The notes beneath the pieces are model-generated. The model searched no databases. It was not told where the DNA came from and worked only from the letters and a program-made list of their open reading frames with translations. A program made the position numbers and the translations under genes. Positions 7,494 through 13,163 of a stretch of 13,163 nucleotides of DNA are shown in pieces; the first letter of the stretch is position 1; each line of letters starts with the position of its first letter. The stretch lies in the NCBI GenBank assembly GCA_038217285.1, contig JBBQPO010000173.1:1-13163 (forward strand), written 5' to 3'. Origin of the DNA: Chthonomonadales bacterium. GTDB taxonomy: Bacteria; Armatimonadota; Chthonomonadetes; Chthonomonadales; Chthonomonadaceae.

Positions 7494-9827
7494 ATGAACT
7501 TCGAAGGGTATCTGCACGATCTGAGACGCGCCGACTTCTACAAAGGGCAGATCGCTCACGTAGAACAGATTCCGGCGCGTCCAGCGCACTATGGGGAGTT
7601 GGAGCGTCCGCTGGCGCCCGCGCTAGAACGACAATTGGAAGCGATGGGCCTGTCGCGCCTCTACGGGCATCAGGCCGAGGCGGTCAACGCGGCACGAACC
7701 GGTGAGCATGTCACCGTCGTCACGGCGACGGCGAGCGGCAAGACTCTCTGCTACAATCTGCCCGTTCTGGACGCCGTGCTGAACGACGGACGCGCCCGCG
7801 CCCTCTATCTCTTCCCGACCAAAGCTCTGGCCCAGGACCAACTGGGCAAACTGAACGACTTCGGCCTTTTTCCCACCGTCCGCTTCGCGACCTATGACGG
7901 CGACACTCCCGCTGTCGAGCGCCGCTTCATTAAAAAAGGCGCGCACATCGTCCTCACCAATCCGGACATGCTTCATGTTGGCATCCTGCCCTATCACACC
8001 TCCTGGGGCGCGTTCCTGCGCCACCTGAAGTATGTCGTGGTGGACGAGATGCACTCCTATCGGGGCGTCTTCGGCGCGCATGTCGCGCATATTTTGCGCC
8101 GACTGCGCCGCGCCTGCGCCTTCTACGGTGCGAACCCGCAGTTTCTCTGCTGCTCCGCCACCATCGCCAATCCGGAAGAGCTGATGCAGCGTCTGACCGG
8201 CGTCGAGCGGCCTGTCGTCATCGACGGCAACGGCGCTCCCGCAGGCCCACGCACCTTCGTCTTCTGGAATCCTCCCTTTATCGATGCCGGTCAGGAGAAG
8301 CGGCGCAGCGCCAACATGGAGGCGACCTCCCTCTTCACCGATCTGGTGACGCAGGGCGTCCGCAATATCACCTTCACCAAAGCCCGCAAGAGCGCCGAAC
8401 TGATCCTGCGCTACGCCAAGAACACGCTGGAGCACCGCGCCCCCGACCTTGTGCCGCGCATCATGTCCTACCGCGCAGGCTACACGGCGGAAGAGCGGCG
8501 ACATATCGAACGGGGGCTGTTTTCCGGCCGACTCATCGGTGTCACCGCCACGAATGCCCTCGAACTGGGCATCGATGTCGGCGGGCTAGATGCGACGGTG
8601 ATGACGGGCTACCCCGGCACCATCGCCAGCGCCTGGCAGCAGGCCGGACGGGCGGGACGCGCCGGAGAAGAAGCGCTGGCGGTGCTGGTGGCGCACGATA
8701 ACCCGCTGGACCAGTTCCTGATGCGCCATCCGGAGTATTTCTTCGGCCGACCCCACGAGCGCGCCGTCATCGACCCCGATAACCGTCGCATTCTGACCCA
8801 GCATCTGCTCTGCGCCGCCTACGAATCGCCGCTCACGCCCGCCGACCTGCCACGTTTCGGCCCAAACGCACGCGACTGCGTGGAGAATTTGAAGGAGGCT
8901 GGGAGCCTGGTATGGCGCACCGGGGCCTGGCGCTTCGCCGGGAGCGACTATCCGGCGGCCGGAGTGAACATTCGCTCGACCTCCGACGCGACCTATCGCA
9001 TCCTCGACACCACCCACGACGAGCGGCTTGTCGGTACGGTCGAAAGCGGCGTGGCCTTCAAGACGGTCCATCCCGGCGCGATCTATCTGCATCAGGGCGA
9101 AACCTACCTCGTCGAATCTCTCGACATCGAAGGCAAGACCGCCTCCGTGCGGCCCGTCGAGGCGACGTTCTACACGGAGGTGCGCGAAAGTTCTCATATC
9201 CTCATTCTCGACACCAAACTCAGCCGCCCACTCGCCAACACCACCGCGCACTTCGGCGACGTGGTCGTGACCAGTCAGGTCATGCGCTATCAGCGCAAAC
9301 GGCTCTACAGCGACGACGTTCTGGAAATAGTCGATCTGGAACTTCCGGAACAGACATTCGAGACGGAGGCATTCTGGTTCACCGTGCCGAACTCTATAAG
9401 GAACACGCTGATCGACGCCGGAGCAGACCTGGGCGGCAGCATCCATGCGATAGAACACGCCGCGATCGGCATGATGCCCCTGCTCTCGACCTGTGACCGG
9501 TGGGACATCGGCGGTGTCTCGCATCCGCTGCATCCCGACACGGCCCTGCCGACGATCTTTATCTACGACGGCTACCCCGGCGGCGTCGGAATCGCAGAAG
9601 CGACTTACGAGACGCTTACGGAGCTGCTGCGCGCCACCCATGCCATCATTGCCGAGTGTCCGTGCGCCGAAGGATGTCCGTCCTGTGTGCAGTCGCCGAA
9701 GTGCGGCAATAATAATGAGCCTCTGGACAAACAGGGCGCGCGGTATCTGTTGGAGCTTCTGCTCGACCTGCCGCCTGCTGTCCAGGAGCCGGAGAAACTA
9801 TGGAGAGAGAACGAATGCACCCCCTGA
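7494..9827 (+). CDS. SF2 DExH helicase with C-terminal DUF1998 Zn-binding domain (Hrq1/MrfA(YprA)/SftH family)
   Basis: LYGHQAEA, TATASGKT, LFPTKALAQDQ, YDGDT, TNPDMLH, DEMH, SATIANP, YRAGY, ATNALELGIDVG, QQAGRAGR, HPGAIYLHQG, CDRWD, IYDGYPGGVG, CPCAEGCPSC. Confidence 0.95.
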   Translation: MNFEGYLHDLRRADFYKGQIAHVEQIPARPAHYGELERPLAPALERQLEAMGLSRLYGHQAEAVNAARTGEHVTVVTATASGKTLCYNLPVLDAVLNDGRARALYLFPTKALAQDQLGKLNDFGLFPTVRFATYDGDTPAVERRFIKKGAHIVLTNPDMLHVGILPYHTSWGAFLRHLKYVVVDEMHSYRGVFGAHVAHILRRLRRACAFYGANPQFLCCSATIANPEELMQRLTGVERPVVIDGNGAPAGPRTFVFWNPPFIDAGQEKRRSANMEATSLFTDLVTQGVRNITFTKARKSAELILRYAKNTLEHRAPDLVPRIMSYRAGYTAEERRHIERGLFSGRLIGVTATNALELGIDVGGLDATVMTGYPGTIASAWQQAGRAGRAGEEALAVLVAHDNPLDQFLMRHPEYFFGRPHERAVIDPDNRRILTQHLLCAAYESPLTPADLPRFGPNARDCVENLKEAGSLVWRTGAWRFAGSDYPAAGVNIRSTSDATYRILDTTHDERLVGTVESGVAFKTVHPGAIYLHQGETYLVESLDIEGKTASVRPVEATFYTEVRESSHILILDTKLSRPLANTTAHFGDVVVTSQVMRYQRKRLYSDDVLEIVDLELPEQTFETEAFWFTVPNSIRNTLIDAGADLGGSIHAIEHAAIGMMPLLSTCDRWDIGGVSHPLHPDTALPTIFIYDGYPGGVGIAEATYETLTELLRATHAIIAECPCAEGCPSCVQSPKCGNNNEPLDKQGARYLLELLLDLPPAVQEPEKLWRENECTP

Positions 9828-9976
9828 CGATCCGAGAACGCCGACGCCGCACGAGCCGATGGTTCACCCTGCGCGTCTGTCTGCTGCTCGCCCTTATCGG
9901 CGGCGTCGCGTACTCCGCCTGGCTGGCGCCGTGGGCAAAAACCCCACACCCCGTCCGTATCGAGACGGTGCGCTGA
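9800..9976 (+). CDS. Small single-pass membrane protein (58 aa; alternative ATG at 9815)
   Basis: Hand translation: MERERMHPLTIRERRRRTSRWFTLRVCLLLALIGGVAYSAWLAPWAKTPHPVRIETVR. GGAG 5 nt before ATG, mostly G/C third positions, fills the gap after the helicase. Shorter than any ORF in the supplied track. Confidence 0.65.
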   Translation: MERERMHPLTIRERRRRTSRWFTLRVCLLLALIGGVAYSAWLAPWAKTPHPVRIETVR

Positions 9977-10008
9977 CGTCCGCAGGAGTCGCGGCAATTT
10001 ATCGGAAC

Positions 10009-10072
10009 ATGACCAGAAAACCCCACCTCGCGAAGCGAGGCTTGCCCCTTGTGGGTGGGGATGAATGGTCAT
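10009..10072 (+). other. IS left-end structure (guide tetranucleotide plus hairpin)
   Basis: AAAA (10017-10020) at the foot of ccccacc/ggtgggg (10021-27/10054-60); inner hairpin cctcgc-gaa-gcgagg; outer pairing atgacca/tggtcat. Confidence 0.75.
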
Positions 10073-10272
10073 CCGCTTTAGGCTTCGTGGAGTGAAAGGA
10101 TGCACCTTCGGTGCAACCCCAAATCCTCCAGAAGAGGAAGCCCTTAGGGCATCCCAAATCCGCTCTTCCCTCGCGGATTTCAGCACGAATGCGGTTGCAC
10201 ACTTCCGCTCTCAAAAAACGTTCTGAATGCTTTCCTGTTTCCTGCTCTTCACTGGAGTAGCGTAGTACGCCC

Positions 10273-11493
10273 ATGACAATCACCCGATGCTACAAATTCA
10301 GACTGGAACCCACCGCCGAGCAGGAGCATGAGTTCCCGCGCTTTTCGGGGTGTCGGCGTTTCGTCTGGAATTGGGCGCTGGAACGCAAACAGGCTGTCTA
10401 CAAAGAGACGGGCAAAAGCATTGGGTATGTGGCCCTTGCCGCCGAACTGGTACAACTCAAGAAGCAGCCGGAAACTGCGTTCCTGAAGAAGTGCCATTCT
10501 CAGGTGTTGCAGCAGACGCTCATGGGCCTGGACAAAGCGTTCGTCGCCTTCTTCGAGAAACGCGCCAGGTTCCCCAAGTTCAAGGGTAGGAAGCACCTAC
10601 GCCATTCGTTCCGCATCCCACAGAATGTCAGCCTGGTGGATGGGAAGGTCAGTATTCCCAAAATCGGTCTGGTGAAAGTCCGTCTTCACCGTGAGACGTG
10701 CGGCGAAATCAAGAGCGCTACCATCAAACAGGAAGCCGATGGACACTGGAATGTCACCTTCGTCAGCCATCTCAATCTTCCCGACGCTCTTCCTTCCTGC
10801 GACAATCCTGTCGGTATCGATGTCGGGCTGGAATCCTTCGTCACCCTCGACAACGGGGAGAAGGTCAAACCTCCCCGGTTCTACCGCAGAGGAGAGCGCA
10901 AACTGCGACGGGCGCAGCGCCAACTCTCGCGCTGCCAGAAGCACAGCCATAATCGACAGAAGGCCAAGAAACGAGTCTCTGTCTGTCATACCAGAGTGCG
11001 CAACCAGCGTAACGACTGGCTGCACAAGTTGTCCGCACGACTGGTGCGGCTCTACGATACGCTCTGCATCGAAGACCTGAACCTCCAGGGCTTAGTGAGA
11101 ACCAAACTGGGCAAGAGTTTCAGCGATGCAGCGATCAGTACGTTTCTGAGGATGTTGGAGTACAAGGTCGTGCCTCGGTATGGACAGGTGGTGAAGGTGG
11201 GGCGTTTCTTCCCTTCCACCAAAACCTGCTCCAATCCCGAATGCAGGCACAAGCAAACCCTGGAACTCTCTGAGCGCCAATGGGTCTGTGAGTGCTGCCA
11301 CACGCGGCATGACCGAGACATCAACGCGGCAGTCAACATCCTCGTGGAAGGACTGAGAATACTCGCCCTCGGAATGCGGGAGAGTCAAAACGCCGATGGA
11401 GAGAATGTCAGACTGGCGAAAGTCAGCAGTTGCTTGTTGAAATCGGAAGCCCCACTGCTTGTCAGTGGGGAGGTTCACCGGGGAGTTTCATGA
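10273..11493 (+). CDS. tnpB: RNA-guided endonuclease TnpB (IS200/IS605 OrfB)
   Basis: YKFRLEPTAEQ..GCRRFVWN N-terminus, FPKFK, RuvC-I GIDVG, RuvC-II IEDL, Zn finger CSNPEC..CECC, RuvC-III DRDINAAVNI. Confidence 0.96.
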   Translation: MTITRCYKFRLEPTAEQEHEFPRFSGCRRFVWNWALERKQAVYKETGKSIGYVALAAELVQLKKQPETAFLKKCHSQVLQQTLMGLDKAFVAFFEKRARFPKFKGRKHLRHSFRIPQNVSLVDGKVSIPKIGLVKVRLHRETCGEIKSATIKQEADGHWNVTFVSHLNLPDALPSCDNPVGIDVGLESFVTLDNGEKVKPPRFYRRGERKLRRAQRQLSRCQKHSHNRQKAKKRVSVCHTRVRNQRNDWLHKLSARLVRLYDTLCIEDLNLQGLVRTKLGKSFSDAAISTFLRMLEYKVVPRYGQVVKVGRFFPSTKTCSNPECRHKQTLELSERQWVCECCHTRHDRDINAAVNILVEGLRILALGMRESQNADGENVRLAKVSSCLLKSEAPLLVSGEVHRGVS

Positions 11494-11498
11494 CACAG
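11340..11498 (+). ncRNA. Predicted TnpB omega-RNA (scaffold to 11478 plus ~16-20 nt guide); 5' boundary approximate
   Basis: Known to overlap the tnpB 3' end and IS right end. Seen here: ccgat/atcgg stem (11393-97/11442-46), ctggc-GAAA-gtcag hairpin, terminal ccccactg/cagtgggg hairpin, potential tgaa/ttca pseudoknot (11438-41/11474-77). Confidence 0.7.
11446..11478 (+). other. IS right-end structure
   Basis: GAAG guide, 8-bp hairpin ccccactg-cttgt-cagtgggg, then aggt-TCAC cleavage motif. Confidence 0.85.
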
Positions 11499-13163
11499 CA
11501 GGAGAAGCGGAAGCGATTCGACTGGCGCGGACTGAATCGGCGTGACAAGCAGGCTCTCGGACTGTTGGTTCTGGTCGTAACCCTGGGCCTGGGGCTGCGG
11601 CTCTGGGGTATCACGTGGAGCCTGCCGGATGCGCGGCACCCGCTCGCGACCTATCATCCGGACGAACGTGTGAACCTGAACGCGGCGCTGCAGGCCGACA
11701 TCGCGCACGGGCAGTTCGACATCAAGCTCTACAACTACGGCACACTCTATTTCTATCTGGTCAATCTGGCGCAGACTATCGGTAAGGGATACGGTCTCAT
11801 TCCCACGCCGCCTGCGAGCAGCACGGCGACTCCGGCACCGACATTGGCCGCCGAGGCCCCCATGAACGCAGGGCTGTTTCTGGCGGGACGACTGGTCAGC
11901 GCTCTGCTGGGGACGGCGACGATTCCGGTTCTGTTTGCGCTGGGCAGGCGCATGTTCGGGCGCAGAGCCGGACTGGTCGCCGCCCTGCTCTATGGCGTCG
12001 CCCCCCTGGCCGTTCTGCACGCGCACTTCCTCACCGTGGACGTCACGGCCACTTTTTTCGTCACGCTGACCTTGCTCTGGTCGGCACGCCTTCTCACCTC
12101 GCCGACCTGGAAAGACTACGTCCTCGCGGCGATCTGGGCCGGACTCGCGGCCGCCACGAAGTACAACGCCGGCCTCGTACTGATCGCGCCGATCACCGCG
12201 CACTTCCTCAACCGCGAGCCGAACGCCTGCAAGACCCACCGAGGCGCCCAGTTCGTCGTGCTGATCACTGTCACAATGCTGACGTTCCTGATCGCCTGCC
12301 CCGGCCCCTGGCTCAACTTCGACGCCTTCTGGAACGGCCTCGACGGCTATCCCGGCTCTGGCCTGCGCTACGAGCTGTTCGATCATCCCAAGATCGGGCA
12401 TGGCACCCTCTTCACGAACACCGGAAACGGCTGGTGGTATCATCTGACCGTCTCCCTGCCGTTCGGCCTCGGCCCGACACTGACGGTCGCCGCTCTCCTC
12501 GGCCTCCTCCCCGCCTTCCAAAAGCGCACCAAATCCGACCAAATCCTGCTCGCCTTCTTCCTGGTCTATTTCGGCCTCGCGGGCCTCTCGAACGTCCGAT
12601 TTGCCCGTTACATGCTGCCGATCTTCCCGGTCTTCTGCCTCTGGGCCGCTCGCTTCCTCACGACGCTGCGCGTTCGGGGCATCCCCAACGGAGCCGGGCT
12701 CCTGATCGTGCCGCCCCTGACGCTCTATGGAAGCTACTACCTGCTCACCTGCATGACGGTGCAGGATCCCCGCAATGCCGCCGCCGACTACCTGGAACGG
12801 ACCGCGCCGCAGGGCGCTCAGATCGCCTTTGCGACCGTCCCCTGGTTCTACTCCCCGCCCCTCTCGCCGCGCTTCGGAGAGATGGCCGCGCCCAACCGCG
12901 CCCGAGCCGCGCAAGAGGAGAAGCGTTTTACCCTGCGCATACCCACCGACGAGTGGGACACGACCGTTCTCAGCCCGCCCCCGGATTTCGTCGTTCTCTC
13001 CGATATCGAGACGATGCACCCTTACTCCCGCCTCCACCTCGCTGGCCCGGTCGCCTTCTTCCACGCCCTGACTTTCAAGCACACGACCGTCTTCGCTCCC
13101 CCCTCTACCCTCGATCCAACGTACCGTCGTGACCTTATACCCGAAGACATCATGTACGTCCGC
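11490..13163 (+). CDS. GT-C fold integral-membrane glycosyltransferase (ArnT/PMT_2-like), truncated by window edge
   Basis: Not in the ORF track (no stop in window). Hand translation: MTQQEKRKR..LGLGLRLWGITWSLP..YHPDE (acidic first-loop motif), GRLVSALLG, APLAVLHAHFLTVD, GLAAATKYNA, RFARYMLPIFP; many TM segments; GGGGAG RBS. Confidence 0.92.
   Translation, partial: MTQQEKRKRFDWRGLNRRDKQALGLLVLVVTLGLGLRLWGITWSLPDARHPLATYHPDERVNLNAALQADIAHGQFDIKLYNYGTLYFYLVNLAQTIGKGYGLIPTPPASSTATPAPTLAAEAPMNAGLFLAGRLVSALLGTATIPVLFALGRRMFGRRAGLVAALLYGVAPLAVLHAHFLTVDVTATFFVTLTLLWSARLLTSPTWKDYVLAAIWAGLAAATKYNAGLVLIAPITAHFLNREPNACKTHRGAQFVVLITVTMLTFLIACPGPWLNFDAFWNGLDGYPGSGLRYELFDHPKIGHGTLFTNTGNGWWYHLTVSLPFGLGPTLTVAALLGLLPAFQKRTKSDQILLAFFLVYFGLAGLSNVRFARYMLPIFPVFCLWAARFLTTLRVRGIPNGAGLLIVPPLTLYGSYYLLTCMTVQDPRNAAADYLERTAPQGAQIAFATVPWFYSPPLSPRFGEMAAPNRARAAQEEKRFTLRIPTDEWDTTVLSPPPDFVVLSDIETMHPYSRLHLAGPVAFFHALTFKHTTVFAPPSTLDPTYRRDLIPEDIMYVR

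Larger units (their letters stand above)
10003..11478 (+). mobile_element. IS200/IS605-family, tnpB-only (IS1341-like) non-autonomous element, 1476 bp
   Basis: Begins after TTAT (9999-10002); left subterminal hairpin 10021-10060; tnpB; right hairpin 11450-11470; ends at TCAC (11475-11478). No terminal inverted repeats and no tnpA. Confidence 0.88.

Noticed and set aside
7494..9827. Helicase as part of a DISARM/Druantia defence system
   Set aside because: No methylase, PLD nuclease or other defence gene in the window; full-length Hrq1/MrfA architecture with host-like codon usage.
9861..9900. ggttcacc and ttatcgg echoing the IS ends just upstream of the element
   Set aside because: Matches of 7-8 nt with no hairpin; the match to the guide breaks after 3 nt following TTAT, so not a plausible second end or target.
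9800..9976. Small ORF as TatA/TatB
   Set aside because: TatA/B have an N-terminal TM, an FG/GP hinge and an amphipathic helix; this ORF has a basic N-terminus before the TM and no hinge.
10097..10161. Mini-CRISPR array next to a Cas12-like gene
   Set aside because: Only two degenerate units separated by 8 nt; no spacer-length unique sequence; the nuclease has a normal IS right end.
10003..10272. Group I intron (IStron) at the IS left end
   Set aside because: No recognisable P7/catalytic-core motifs, region is short, element ends in C rather than a terminal G, and the insertion is intergenic.
9999..10283. 94-aa minus ORF positioned where a divergent tnpA would be
   Set aside because: No HUH motif or catalytic Tyr helix, no serine-recombinase motif, and it runs through the left-end hairpin and past the element boundary.
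10003..11481. CGG at both junctions read as a target-site duplication or IS607-type GG crossover core
   Set aside because: IS200/IS605 elements make no duplication, and both hairpin guides independently predict TTAT and TCAC. It leaves a 3-nt alignment ambiguity that only other copies can resolve.
11475..13082. 535-aa minus ORF and other long overlapping ORFs (671-1432, 2624-3349, 5448-6302, 7623-8504, 8586-9641)
   Set aside because: Antisense shadows of well-supported genes, expected in GC-rich DNA; no motifs.

Overview
GC-rich bacterial chromosomal window with two divergent gene clusters driven by back-to-back sigma70-like promoters at ~4565-4639. Leftward (- strand): aldo/keto reductase, signal-peptide-bearing 7-blade WD40 protein, chlorite-dismutase-family protein with coproheme decarboxylase-type motifs, and queG, whose 3' end runs into a lower-GC stretch (1-~565). 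Rightward (+ strand): a secreted hypothetical protein with a Gly/Pro/Tyr repeat tract and a terminator, then tatC (large extracytoplasmic insertion), a Hrq1/MrfA-type DUF1998 helicase, a 58-aa membrane-protein ORF missing from the ORF track, a tnpB-only IS200/IS605 (IS1341-like) element at 10003-11478, and a GT-C membrane glycosyltransferase that runs off the window (also missing from the track). The best-resolved object is the IS. Both ends, the target motif (TTAT) and the omega-RNA guide can be read from the sequence, and its tnpB uses a host stop codon overlapping the next gene's ATG. I see no clear-cut new multi-gene system. The candidates under findings are hypotheses, and family assignments come from motif recognition, not database searches.
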